Shown here one piece after another: positions 41,241-56,470 of a stretch of DNA of 64,000 bases (the first letter of the stretch is position 1; the number at the start of each line of letters is the position of its first letter). The translations under genes and the position numbers were made by a program. The notes below the pieces were generated by a model. That model worked only from the letters and a program-made list of their open reading frames with translations, did not search any database and was not told the origin of the DNA. The DNA comes from the human T2T-CHM13v2.0 reference genome, Homo sapiens. The stretch lies in the NCBI RefSeq assembly GCF_009914755.1, contig NC_060940.1, one strand, 5' to 3'.

Positions 41241-41814
41241 GGGAGAATTCATAAGGCAACAGGTTCACCCCAGGGCGGGATGGAGACTGCCAGCCCTTAG
41301 GCAATACAATTACCAGGCCTGAGGCTTCCAAAGTGCTCCCACACTGGGCACAATGGGATCAATCAGCTGAGTCTTTGGGAAACTCCAGGTCAGAGGAGCC
41401 GGGGGAGTCCAGCGTTGACAGAGCGGAGGCCAGTATCCTGGTGCTAGAAAGGGCTGCAGTAACCACTCTGTTCCTGATGCTCCCTAGGGAAGGATCCTCA
41501 ACAAGTGTCTTATTTTATTTTATTTTTTCCAAGCAAATGCTTTATTTGCATAGGGACCTGAACCTAGTCCCAAGTCAACACATATAAATGTTCCGCTTTT
41601 TTTGGACTGATATTGTGACAACTTCTCCGTTGACTTTGCCATTCGAGTAACATTTTGATCTTTCATGCCCCAATTCACATGAAAATTGTTGGATCCTGTT
41701 TCCAAGCTGGGGGGATCCTCTCCCCTCACACTGTCTGGGAAATGTGCTTCCATAAAAAGAAGCTGTACCTGGTGCCCTCATGGCCAAGCAGCACAGAGCA
41801 AGCTTTGAAGCACA

Positions 41815-42000
41815 GATAGAAAGAAGGAAAACAGAGGGGGAGGAAAGAAAAAAGAAAAGAGAGAGAAAGAATGGAAGAAAGGAAGGAAGGGAGGGAAGGA
41901 GGAAGAAAAGCAAGAGAAGTGAGGGAAGGGAAAAGAGAAGGAGGAAAAGAAAGCTGCGCAGAAATAGTATGCTAGAAAAGAAGAAAGGACGGTAGGGAGG
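41815..42000. repeat. GA-rich low-complexity tract
   Basis: gaaggaaggaagggagg... Confidence 0.85.
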
Positions 42001-42175
42001 GTAGGTCCCAGGGTTTCCCAGGAGTGACACCCCAGGACCCCACTGAGGCCTCAGAAAGATTGCAATGAGAGATGACTGGCTGCTGCCCTGGGTGTGGGGA
42101 GTGGGAGTTGCAGCAGATGGGCTGCTCTTTGCCACTCCAGAACAAACCAATCTGTCTTGCTGCTGTATAGAATAT

Positions 42176-42646
<471 letters not shown>

Positions 42647-43218
42647 TCTCAAGATTTTTAAAACCGAGTGAGTACCATTATGCACCAGGCACTATGCTAA
42701 GCACTTTATTATGTGTGATCCCTTACACTGATACAGTCACCATGACCTCATTCACACCCATTCGTAGGAAGAAGGACCTGATACAGCAAAACAAATATCA
42801 TGACCTCAAGGTGGCTTGGTGAGCTGCAACGGTCACTGCAGAAGTACTGTGTTTATACGGCAATAAAACATAATCCCTAACAATTAAGCACTTGCTACAT
42901 ACCCAGCACAATGCAGGGTGCCTTGATTCACTTGATTTTCTAAATTCAAAATATGCCTGAGAAAAACACCATCTCCATTTTACAGTGAGGAAACGGGCTC
43001 AGAGAGTTGAAGACAGTGTTTGAGTTGACATGGCTGGAACGTAGTGGAACCAGGAGTCTGTGTGAACACAAAGCCTGCTACATCAGGGCAGGTGCTTCCG
43101 GTTTTTCACTATGGGCCATCACATTTTAAAATGTCCTGCCTCAACTGTTGACATCCTAGTTTGGAAAACTAAGCTGACTTCTCCCTACCATATTCCCAGT
43201 AAGTTGCTGCCTCAATAC

Positions 43219-43766
43219 TGTTACCAAAATGCCAGGGGTTCTGTGCACAGGAGGCCAGTCACTGGGACAATGAATATTGCCAGGGAAGGCTTTATTCCAG
43301 AGTTACAGTGAAGGAGAATGGAAGATCAGTTTCAAATCTGTCTCCCCAACCGACTAAAATTAGGGGTTTATACAGCAGGGAGGAAATGTAACTATGTGTG
43401 GGAAAACAGGAATGAGGGAGGGGTAAGGAAGAGGAGGTGGTCCACAGGCATTAGGTAGAGGTGAGGAAGAGGAGGTGGTCAACAGGAATGAGGGAGGGGT
43501 AAGAGGGGATGATCAACAGGCATTAGGGAGGGGTAAGGAAGCAATTGTGATGGGTGAGGAGTCTGACATCTCATTGTCCAGATGTGGTGACCTGGTGAGT
43601 TTTCATCCCTTGATACTGACTGGGAGGCCTGAGGGTTGGTTTCCTGAGAAAGGAACTCAGATAAGACAAATGTAAGTTTCTCAAGTTTCAAGACTGGGAT
43701 GATCAATTTCTATATTTATGTCGAAACCATAAACATCATTTCTGTGAGACAATTGGACTGGTTTCA
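43219..43766 (-). mobile_element. ERV1 solo LTR, MER66-like
   Basis: TGttacc...ctggtttCA termini; perfect 4-bp TSD atac; homologous to 16624-17037. Confidence 0.85.
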
Positions 43767-43979
43767 ATACTGCCTGTCCTCCTTACTCTTGCATCCTAAA
43801 CAAATCTACTACAGGTTTTAAATCCCCAAACCACCCACCCAGGCAAAACACGTGGCCCAGAAGATCAAGGATATTGAAGGAAGAAATGTAGATACTCAGA
43901 CATCTCTTTCTTTCTTCATGTGGGTTCAAATTCTTTGTTACTCAGTGTTGAAAGTCAAACAATTCAACCTTCTATTGCC

Positions 43980-44460
43980 AGCATTTACTCAACCTCTGGT
44001 CCTGCTGAATTCTCTGAGCTCTTCTCCTACATGCCCCACCTTCCATGCTCCAACTGTATCCAACATCTACTTATTCTCTCCAAACCTGCAAACCACATGT
44101 GCTTCTCCACCTTTCCTGGGGCCATTCCCTTGGCCAGGTATGCACATTCCTCCCCTTGTCAATGTGATGAACTCCTATGTGTTCCTCAAAATAAGCTCAA
44201 GTGCCCCTTCTCCTTTATTAAAACCTTCCAAGATATCCTTAGAGTCGTTTCTATTTACTCCATCTCTGTTACGTACATCTTGCTAACAGCCCTATTTACA
44301 ACTTAGCACATTGTACTAGAATGAGTTATTTGTACAAATATATCCTCCCGTGAATGGAGTTCCTTGAGGGTGAGGTGCCTAATTCATCTTCACGGCCTTG
44401 CTTCAAGGTCTTGCACATAGTAGGTGTTCGACAAATGTTCCATGAATGAGTAAATGAATG
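43980..44460 (+). mobile_element. L2 3' region
   Basis: ...ttgcacatagtaggtgttcgacaaatgttccatgaatgagtaaatgaatg. Confidence 0.7.
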
Positions 44461-44932
44461 GGCTTTAACAAAGTCAAGACTCCTAGAAGGTCAAGCCAGT
44501 GGATCAAACCAGGACTTCCACCCACTTGTGGATCTCATTGCCATGTCTTAAGTGGTTCCTGGGGACACTTTGTCATTTCCTAGATTTAACATAGTCTCTT
44601 ATTTCAGGTCTTTTTCCTCTTTTTCTGAGTTTTCTCCACCACTGCTTTTTTGCATCCTGACGCAGGATGTCTCAGTGGATAGACAAGGTCTGTGGAGTCC
44701 AACAGAACTTACTAGACCAAGTCTGACACTGGCTTCCTGCATGATCTTGTACAAGTAATCTGCAACTTCCCGAGTAGTGAAATACAGACAGCTGATCTAG
44801 CCCTGCAAAGCTGTAGTGTGATGAGTTAACATACATTTGTACACCAAGTTCCAAATTGCTTAGGACATCTTGATGAAGTTCCTTTCACCAAGGTCCCTGA
44901 AGGCAAAAGACCCTTAAAATCCATCTAATCTG

Positions 44933-45236
44933 GGCTGAGCATGGTGACTCATGCCTGTAATCCCAGAACTTTGGAAGGCCAAGGCTGCTTGAGCCCAGGA
45001 GTTTGAGGCCAGCCTGGGCAACACAGCAAGACCCCATCTCTACAAAAAAATTTTAAAATTAGCCAGGTGTGGTGTTGTGTGCCTGTAATCCCAGCTTCTC
45101 AGGAGGCTGAGGTGGGAGGATAGCTTGAGCCCAGGAGTTTGAGGCTGCAGTCAGCCAATATCACACCACTGCACTCCAGCTTGGGTGACAAAGCAAGACC
45201 CTGTCTCCAAAAAAAAAAAAAAAAGAAAAGAAAAAA
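44933..45236 (+). mobile_element. AluJ
   Basis: gcttgagcccaggagtttgagg in both arms; poly-A tail. Confidence 0.92.
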
Positions 45237-46402
45237 TCAAATCTAAATCTAATCTAATCTGCAACCATCTGCTGCTTCCATTTGATACCTGGGACAGGTG
45301 GTGTTCAGCCTCTCTGGAATATCCCAGCAATGGGGAATCATAACAAAAGTAACCATAGTAACAGCAACATGTTTACAGACCTTTTCATTTATAAAGTACT
45401 TTTGTAATTTCTGATTCTTACCAAGAAAGGAGAGCTATAAATTAACGTCCCCTAGTGAGGAGGTTCACTTCGTGCCTAGGGTCACTCAGGGATGAGCTGA
45501 GCTGAGCTATGGATCCAGACTTAGTCCGAGGCCACATGCCTTGAACCCTGGCTTCCAGGAGACTTGCAGGGGATGGGAATCTATTCTTTGCTGTGCCTTT
45601 TTCTCATGTTTCTCCCTCACAGCATACACAGTGGGAAGATGACAGAATTTCAGATCCAAAAAGCCATCACAGTCATCATTCTCTCTCTTTCCACCACTCA
45701 AGTGGAATGACTGTATTGATCAAGATTCTTTTGGTTGTAAGTAACAGAAAGCGCCACTCAAAATGATGTAAGAAAATAACAATAATAACAACAATAACGG
45801 TATTAATAGTAACAGTAATAGAGGCTTTTTCTGTTTCATGTAGCTGAAAAGTACAGGGTAGGAATGATTAGGGGTCCAGGCCTAGATAATGTTGTCACAT
45901 CTCAGCCTCTCTCTTCTCAATTCTCTTTTCCTCTTCATTGGCATCAGTTTTAGCCAGCCCCACCCTTAATGTTGTAATAGCCTGGGCTTACACACATTTC
46001 AGCCCTCACAGACACAAGCACCATTAAAGAAAGAGCTGCTCTTCCCCAGTCATTCTAAACAAAGCCCTGTGCTGAGTGAGGGGCATCACCCTGGCCTGGA
46101 TCAGGAAGAGGGTCCCTACATAAAAAGTGATGGTGATTGGAGGTATTTTAGTTAAATACACCCACCAGCCACACCTGGTTCCTATACCTACCTCTGAACC
46201 TGGGGGCATATTCAACCTGATCTCAAGTGTGTGAACTAAAAATGGAGGATGGGTGATATTCCGAGAAGAAAATCTGGCTGCCATGGAGGAAGAGATGCTG
46301 GATAAGCAAGATGAGCAAATACCACAGATGTCCTCTTCAATGACTTTTTGGAGCTTCTATTTATATATAGAAACACTATAGCATTAAAAATACCTATCCC
46401 CA

Positions 46403-46775
<373 letters not shown>

Positions 46776-47732
46776 TTAAAGGACTCTGTCCCCTGAATCC
46801 ATGCCACTGCCTCGTGATGGTTCAGGATATGATCACTCACCTACATTGTTTCAACAGCAGCTTCATGGGGCTTCAATCCCCCTAGCTCTCCCTGCTGGGT
46901 GGCACCCCTTCAGCGCCTTGCAGCCAGATTAATCTTCCATTTCAGCAGAGTTCAGGGAGCTACAGAGCCCAGTGGTGTTTAACTTGGCTCGCACTCAACC
47001 CCATGAATTTAAAGGCCATCTGAGCTGAACTATTCATCTGTTTCTTCTTGACTCCCCCACAGTGAGTACATATACACACCCTCCTTTCAATACACAGCCA
47101 TCTGAGCTGCTTGCATATTTCTTTCTCAGGAAAGCTCAGAGGGAAAAAGGAAAAAAACTCTATATATATAGATATAAAACCTGAGAATTTGGAACCCTCA
47201 TTCTATTATCTCATAAAACATCATGTTCATATCATAATTTCAATCCAGAGAAAGGATTCGCTGTGTGAGCTCTGAGATGCATACAAATTGCCCTTCTAAA
47301 CCTCTGGCTACAATAAGCAAACTTCAGAAGCCAACAGTTTACTTGATAAATACCTAATAAAGCTTAAATAATTATTGAAAGCAGACAAATGGAACAGTGG
47401 AACAGCAAGAAATGTTGTGGGGATAAATCACAGGGAAGAAGACAGAGTCCCAGACACTCAGAGGAAAGCAGATCCAGGGAGGGAAAGAGAATCAGAGGCA
47501 GGAACTTGGGCCCTAGAGAGAGTCATCCTGGAGAGACTGCCTGGGGATGCCAAGAGATGTACAAGATGGGCTTTGGTGGGGGTTGGGGGAGAACCATTCA
47601 ATACTCATGTTTAACCTTTCTTGGCTCTTCTGGAAGAAAGAGAGTCGAGGGAGAAAATAATCCACTTTGTCATCTGTCTCTGACTACCCAGCTGTGGAGG
47701 GACCTCAGAGATTCAGATATCATACCCAATTA

Positions 47733-47782
47733 ATACCCCAGATATCACACCCCACTTATACCCCAGATATCACACCCCACTT
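47733..47782 (+). repeat. 25-bp tandem duplication
   Basis: ataccccagatatcacaccccactt twice. Confidence 0.9.
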
Positions 47783-48681
47783 ACAAGCTCTACCTCCCGA
47801 ATCCAATTTTGAGTTTGGAAGAATTGAAATCTTTCTAGGGCACCATTCCATGGACTTGACCCAGAGTCAAGTTCCCTGTTGGACTTCAAGAAGTTATCCC
47901 AAACTCTTCATTCATTCACTTATTCATTCACTCATTCAACAAACATTACGTGCCAACTACATGCTATAAACAACAAGCTTTCAGTCTAACCAAGGATGAG
48001 TGTGGAGGCATACAATTAAACAAACAATGGTATATGCTGAAAATAGAAGGTTGGGGAGTTCATAGAGTTTATTCTGGTCTGGGAAAGTGTGCATTGGAAA
48101 GGCTTCCCACAGAAAACAGCACTTGCACTGAGATCTGCAGTATAAATGGGAGTGGGGGAGAGGTGTTTGGGGCAGCAGGAATAGCAAGTGCAAAGTCCCT
48201 GGGGTGTAAGAGGATTTGTTGAGAGAAATCCTGAGCCCTGAGCTCCCACACTGATGCTGACGTGTGGCAACTCCCACTCTCTTAGTGACCTCCCCACAGG
48301 AAGAATTTCTGATTCCGAAATTTCTGAGTCCATTACTGATAAGTAGTCATTTACCAAGGTGGGTTTCCTGGTGCCCATTTTAGAGATGAGAACACTGAGC
48401 CACAGAACTGCGAGGACTGCTTGTTGCCTATAGAGTCATAGATTGTCCTTCTGCTTTGGACCCTGTCCTCCAAACTCCCAGACCTATCTTTGCCTCTCAC
48501 TGCTTCTCTGCTCCAGCCTGGTGAACTTCCCTAATTATTCAGCATATTTCTAGGAAAAGAAGCATACCTGTCCTGCCATATTTCCAGCTGGGAACCAGAA
48601 CTCTCCTGGAGTCCCCAGCGATTGCATTCCCAGCAACCAAATGCTTCTCTAATGTCTCTCTGAGTGTTCCGCTATCACTAA

Positions 48682-48683
<2 letters not shown>

Positions 48684-48718
<35 letters not shown>
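48684..48718. repeat. (CA)n microsatellite, about 17 units
   Basis: Direct reading. Confidence 0.97.
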
Positions 48719-48719
<1 letters not shown>

Positions 48720-50596
48720 CACAGACAGAGACCATTGGCCTAGACTTCTACTGGCCTTCCACGTTGTACATGGGACTTTCCCCCTCTCTCCTGCCCCCCT
48801 GATGTCAACCTCTACAGCTGCATCCACCTTCACAGCTTTATCTCCTAGAGGTGGGAAGAAGGTGCAATCAGAGGTGAGCCTGAAGATAGGATAGACATTC
48901 TGCCTCAGAAATACAGAAACTACTTGGGCCCTTATTTATCCATTCTCAAAGTGTGTTAAATAAGCCAACAATACTGTGTGGTGCCACAGTGTTCTTCTCT
49001 CCTATAAAACGTACACAGTTCTGACACACCCTGCCTACTGAAAAAGTTCTAAATACTTTACATACCCACACATTTGGGTAACAATTTACAAAGTATGTTT
49101 TGAACATCATCACCAGGGTAATATAGAAGACGTTACAATTGGCATTGTCCTGGTCCCAGTGGACAGTCTGGTTTGACATAAGCTTGGCAAGGGCTTTGGT
49201 CACAATGCAAGATTGAAGCACTCTCATCTACCCTGGACAGGAGTCTAGAGAGCCTCTCCCAAGCACATACCTAAGGCAAAAGACTGGTTGCAAGGCTGCC
49301 CTGGGGAAGAGCAGCCTTTCCTCCTCTTCCTCATCCTCCTCGTCCTCTTCTTCCTCTATATTACCTTCTTTGTTTACTGAGGCTCAATAGGTCTTATTCA
49401 TTCTGAACCTGTCCCAGGAGGTCTTATTCAGTCTGAACAAGGCTGAGCTTCCCAGTAAGGCCCACAGATTCCAGCAGTGGGTAGAAAGAAACCAAGGATG
49501 CATCTGTTCTGCAAACAAAGATGAATGGTGTAAATGCCTCCATTTGCCCCTCTGACAAAGAGTGACAATAAAACAAAGGACAAGGTTAAATGTTTCAGAA
49601 GTTACCAGATTCTACCGACCTTCGTCTTTTACAAATAAATTTTGCACAAAAGAGGTGCCGATGCCCCCCGGACCCCCCAACCCCCGCAACATTTGACACT
49701 TTAGAAAGTGTATCTGATGTCATTTCACAAACCCCAGACTCTACCTACAATGAGAACAGTCTCAGCACAAAGAAAGTTTGGGCAGTGCCTGTCAGCAATG
49801 TGTGGGCTGCAGACACACAAAACATGCATCCGATGAATATTATCCAGAATGTATTAGCTGATAACACATGAGCCCCAGAATCAATGAGGGAATTATCTCC
49901 TCCACACAATGGGCGCCAAAGAAGGAAGTTTTCAATGTCCCTCCAACACAGCCCAGCTATGTCAACCCTGGCATGCGAGACGATTAATGCACAAGTGACT
50001 GCACATCCAGATTCCCATTCCTACGATTATGAGCACGGACCATTTTTTCCCCTTTATGGATCCTCAGCACTTAACGTACTCAATGGTTTTTATTTGCATT
50101 GATCACATTTTATGGTATGATTAAATTTGTATGGAAGAGAACCAATTAGTTTTGTTTTACACTTATTGAATGCACTTTATAGTCAGAAAAATTAACTCTC
50201 CACAGTTAGGTTAATTTATCCAGTGGCGGAGGTTTGAAGGGCCATGCAGGGTCTCATCCCCAGCTGGGAAGAGGTGGTCATGGGGGAGAGGGTCTGGAGG
50301 AGTGGATGCCTCTGAGAAAGCGACATAGTGAACTGACTGACTACCCAGGAGATCACTGTGGAAGTGGTGGGGTTTCTCTAGGAGAGTGAGCACAAGGCTT
50401 TTTGCTCCATGTAAATTTCAGGAGCCCATCAGGGCTTTGTCTGAAGAGGAAATATTTTCTCCTACAGAATGGAAAAAGCAATGGAGTAGAATTCAGTTCC
50501 TAGCACACTCCCTGCCCCAACTCTTTCACTATCCTGCTGTGAGATTGGTACAACCATTTAACTTCTTTGAGCCTCAGTAAACAAAGATGGTAATAT

Positions 50597-50884
50597 GGAG
50601 GAGGAAGAGGAGGAAGAGGAAGAAGAAGAGGAGGAAGAGGAACAGAAGGAGGAGGAGGAAAAGGAGGAGGAGGAGGATACTCTCACCATGCGTTTTCTCT
50701 GTGACCCCAGAATACTCTCAGCATGTGAAAGGCTGGCTTCCCATTGCCTTTTGCCATGATTGGACGCTTCCTGAGGCCTCAGCGGAAGCAGATGCCAGCA
50801 CCATGCCTCCTGTAAAGCCGGCAGAACCATGAGCCAACCATGAAGAAGAAGAGGAGGAAGAGAAAGAAGAGGAGGAGGAGGAGG
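50597..50884 (+). mobile_element. Internal MST (MaLR) LTR fragment between two GAG/GAA tracts
   Basis: ccatgattggacgcttcctgaggcctc...gaagcagatgccagcaccatg...gcagaaccatgagccaa. Confidence 0.8.
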
Positions 50885-51538
50885 TTAAGTTACCCACATA
50901 ACTTGCTGTGAGGGTCAAATGTGAGAGGACCGGTGAAAATAATTTATAAACTTTAAAGCATCACTTTTATGCTAGTCTTCCTTTAAATCAAAAATAGAAG
51001 CAGCATAACATTGTATCACACAAAAGAAACTTGGAATCAAAAGACCTAAGTTTGAATCTCTATGGCCTCCTGGCTGTGTGACACTGTGGAAGTTACTTAA
51101 GTTGCCTCGTCTGTAGAGTGGGGATAATTATCCCAGGTTCTTATGAAACAGTTCAGACAGCAGTGTTTTCCTGACTGCCCTAGTAGATGACGGCTCCTTT
51201 ATCCTCCATCCTTTCCTCAGCTTCATGTTTCTCCATAGCTCCCGTGTTATTTCACTAGGGCTACTATAACAAAATACCGTAGGCAGAGTGGTTTCAACAA
51301 CAGAAATTTATTTCCTGCAGTTCTGGAGGCTGGAATCAAAGCTCAAGGTGTCAGCTGGTTTAGTTTCTTCTGAGGCCTCTCTCCAGGACTTGCAGATGGC
51401 CATCTTCTCTCGGTGCTTCACACGGTCTTTCCTCGGGGCTTATGAATATGTGAGGTCTCTCCTTGGTGTGTCCAAATTTTATTTTCTTATAAGGACAACA
51501 GTCTAATTAGATTAGGGTCCATCCTAATTGCCTCATTT

Positions 51539-52390
51539 TGTTACAGGAAAGGGGTCCCGATGCAGACCCCAAGAGAGGGTCCTTAGATCTTGCACAAGAA
51601 AGAATTCAGGACAAGTCCACGGTGCAAAGCAAAAGCAAGTTTATTAAGAAAATAAAGTAGTGAAAGAACAGCTACTCCCTAGACAGAGGAGGGAGTTCCT
51701 GAAAGTAAGAGAAGGGGTGCATCCACCCTAGGTACAATACTTGTTTATATATAGGATAAAAAAGATCATGGGGAGATGTGCTCTGCTACAAGGGTTTGTG
51801 ACAAAGGTTTAATTTTCTTAATTACTATATTTTGCATGAATCAATATTATTATCTTTAAAGCAAAATTAAGAATGTGCCTGTTCTCAAAATATCAGGATA
51901 TCAGGACACTCCCAAGTGTGAGTCCATTTACTAAACTTTATCAATCTGTTCCCTTAACCGTAAACATCTAGAGGCTAAGAATACCTAATTTTCTGCCAGG
52001 CGCAGTGGCTCATGCCTGTAATCTCAGCACTTTGGGAGGCCAAGGCGGGCGGATCAGTAGGCCAGGAGTTCGAGACCAGCCTGGCCAACATGGTGAAACC
52101 TCGCCTCTACTAAAAATACAAAAATTAGCTGGGCATGGTGGCACTCACCTGTAATCTCAGCTACCCAGGAGGCTGAGGCAGGAGAATTGCTTGAACCCGG
52201 GAGGAGGAGGTTGCAGTGAGCTGAGATCACACCACTGCGCTCCAGCCAGGGAGACAGAGTGAGACTCCTCTAAAAAAATAAAAAAAAAAAAGAATACCTA
52301 ACTTTCTGGGAATGCAGCCCCACAAGTCCCAGTCTCATTTTCCTAGCCCTCACTCAAGATGGAGTCGCTCTGGTTCGAACGCCTCTGACA
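51539..52390 (-). mobile_element. MER41-family solo LTR, split by an Alu
   Basis: Ends caagatggagtcgctctggttcgaacgcctctgaCA (reverse complement of the MER41 start); TSD attt. Confidence 0.9.
51995..52289 (+). mobile_element. AluS
   Basis: TSD aagaatacctaa(t/c)tttct. Confidence 0.93.
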
Positions 52391-52825
52391 ATTTGAACAT
52401 AATCACCTCTCCAAAGTTCCTGTCTTCAAATACAGTCACATTCTGAGGTACTAGGGGTTAGGGCTTAAACATATGAATTTTCGGGAAGATGCAACTCAGT
52501 CCATAAGACCACCTCACATGATAATGACATTTATCTGCAATCATACAGTCTGTCAGAGACTTTGCTTTCTTCACCACATATGCCTAACACTTAAAACAAT
52601 ACCTGGTACATAATAGATGCTCAATAAACATTTGTTGAATGACTTTAATGAACAGTGCTTGATATGGTGACAGTTTCAACATATCCTGATTCCAGTATGA
52701 AGACATCTAGCAACAGGCGGTCTGCCACTGATCATCTCGAAAGGCCCCTCTAATCGTTGCCCCAGGATGAGCTTCTGATGCGTTTTCCCTGAGACCTCAA
52801 AATTCAGAGAAAGCCCAGAATTTGA

Positions 52826-53237
<412 letters not shown>

Positions 53238-53407
53238 GGGAGACTTCTTTATGGCATTTCTTGATAACCTCACCATGAACAATTCCGGGGACTAGAATCC
53301 CTTTACCTCTGGAAGCAGCCAGTTCTATGGCTGGAGGGCTCTGACTATTTAAGCATGTTCTTTTGTGTACACAACAAAGCATAAACAACAGTGTTCTTTT
53401 TGGAGCT

Positions 53408-53814
53408 TGATATGGTTTGGATGCTTGTCCCCTGCAAATCTAATGTTGAAATGTTAGGTGAGGCCTGTTAAGAGGTATTGGATCATGGGGGCAGACCTCT
53501 CATGACTGCCTTACCACCATCCCTTTGGTGATGAGTGAGTTTTGGCTTAGTTAGTTCACGCAAGATCTTGTTGTTTAAAAGAGTACGGGACCTCCCCCTT
53601 CACTCTCTCGTGCTCCCTCTCTCGCCAGGTGACACACCAGCTTCCCCATCACCTTCCATGATTGGCAGCTTTCTGGGGCCCTCACCAGAAGCAGATGCCA
53701 GCACCATGCTTCCTGTGTAACCTGCAGAACCATGAACCAACATAAACCACTGTTCTTTATAAATTACCCAGCTTCAGGTATTTATTTATAGCAAGGCAAA
53801 AACAGACTAACACA
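53408..53814 (+). mobile_element. MSTB-like MaLR solo LTR
   Basis: TGatatggtttgg...ctttataaattacccagc...cagactaacaCA; TSD ga(g/a)ct. Confidence 0.9.
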
Positions 53815-55752
53815 GAACTGGTTTGTAGTAGTGAAAAATGGAAACAACTATCTCTAAGTAGGCAAATGGAGAGTAAACTGGCTTACCATATGGTAGCGTA
53901 GTTTTTGTCAATTCAAATGAATTCATTAGATCTACATGCAACTAAATAAATGCCTCAGAAAGCGTAATATTGATATATACAATATAATACTATGCACGCA
54001 TACATATATTTATTTATGTATTTCATATATACATACATATTCATTTTTAAATGCTATCTATTGTGTGTGGTAAAAGTACAAAAACATATATATCGGCCTT
54101 AGAGTAAGCTTGCCTCTGAGAAAAGAGGGGGAGAGGGGTAAAGGAGGGCAGTCTTCAACTCTATCTGTAACATTTCTTTCCTTAACAAAGACATTCAGAG
54201 CGAATACGGCAAGTGTCAACCCCTGTTGCACCTTGAGGGTAGGTACATAGTTAAATGTTATTTTATTTTCTGAACTTCTCCCACACTGGAAGAATGTCTT
54301 AATTTTTTTTTTTTCATGTGTTTCAGTGAACAGGGGAATGAATGTGTCATCTTTAGCTGAACTCACATTAGGCCACTGGCCCTAGCTGGAGCCAAATGAA
54401 ACAGGTTTTCTTCCTCTTTTAAGCCATATCATGGTCTTCTTAGGCAAGGCGGAGATCCCAAGGCTTGTACTATCAATATATAAGGGCCAATATTTTGGCT
54501 GAATTGCAGACTTTTACTTATTGAGTCATTCAAGATTTGTAGCCTGCTGCAGTATGAATATTAATATTCTTCTCCTCCAAGCTCATTGTCTAGTGAGAGA
54601 AACAGATACATAACCAGATAACTACAGTACAACGTCCGAACTGGAGAGCTTGCACAAAGAGCTTTACATTAGAGGAAGATATGACTAATCTACCTTAGGA
54701 GGAAGTGGGGTAGGAGGTAGAAACAGCTCAGCTAGAAAGAGAACCCCTAGGTGAGCTTTTAGGAATGACTAAGGCATTTCCCGGAGGATAAGGCGGGGAA
54801 AGGCTCCCAGGCAGAGGCAGGTGACATGAAAAGGAGTGGATCCTTTGGCAAATACAAGGATGTTTTGAATGGCTGTAGCAGGAGCCATGTAATGGGAATA
54901 TTAGGAGGATGTCACCAGATGATCTTCTAAGGCACTAATGAGTCAGTGGGCTAACTCCTTATTGCTCATGTTGATGTCTTTACACGTGACTACAGTAACA
55001 TGTGTTCCCTATGCCATTTCTTGTAAGACTTATTAATAGAAAATGTTGTAAATAGGTGGGTATAAAAGCAGCTGGGGGCTGGGTTTATGAATGTATTGAA
55101 CTTTCCAAACACAACTGTTCCTTAAACTCAGTGAAATCACAACTCACTTGCCTGTGTCATTGGAGTTGCCAATATCTGTTTCCTTATGCAACGAGTGATA
55201 TCTATGTTTCCTTTTGTGCATAAAATTGTGTTTTTGTGTGCTCTGATCCTTTTTTAAGACTTTACAGGATCCAACAGGGAAACAAACAGAAAATAAATTA
55301 GGAGAGACAGGAAGGACTGTATAATAAAAAGCTGTGGACACAAGGCTAAAAACTTGGGGTTTCTACTGTAGGCGTCAGTGAAGTTTCTCTGAACAGGAGA
55401 GAGAGTGGGCATAGTTAATCTTTACTGTTTGAATTATTGCTTTGGAAGCAATGTGGAATGAGATCCAGGGGTAGGAAGACCATTGAAGCAGCATTAAAGA
55501 TAAAGTAGATTACTGATAGGCTTCGGGCAGTACAAGTGGATTATTTAGACTAGGGATAACTCATCTAATGAACAAGCCCTTGGACTGCAGTGGCATAGCA
55601 CAGCAAAGGTGTATGCTTTGCTCAGTCCAATACAGTTGCTCCTGGCTGTGTATCAATGCCTTGTGCCTGTTTAGGAACCCGGGCTCTTTCCATGTTGTGG
55701 CTCTGCCGTCTGCAGTGCTTGCCTCCCAGTTGCACTGTGCACATCTGCTTGA

Positions 55753-56470
<718 letters not shown>

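Larger units (their letters stand above)
51245..52507 (-). mobile_element. MLT1A/B LTR, split by MER41
   Basis: acagaaatttatttcctgcagttctggaggctgg ... aaatacagtcacattctgaggtactaggggttaggg. Confidence 0.85.

Noticed and set aside
41575-42150. 191-aa hydrophobic ORF on the minus strand
   Set aside because: Product of a GA-rich low-complexity tract lacking stop codons.
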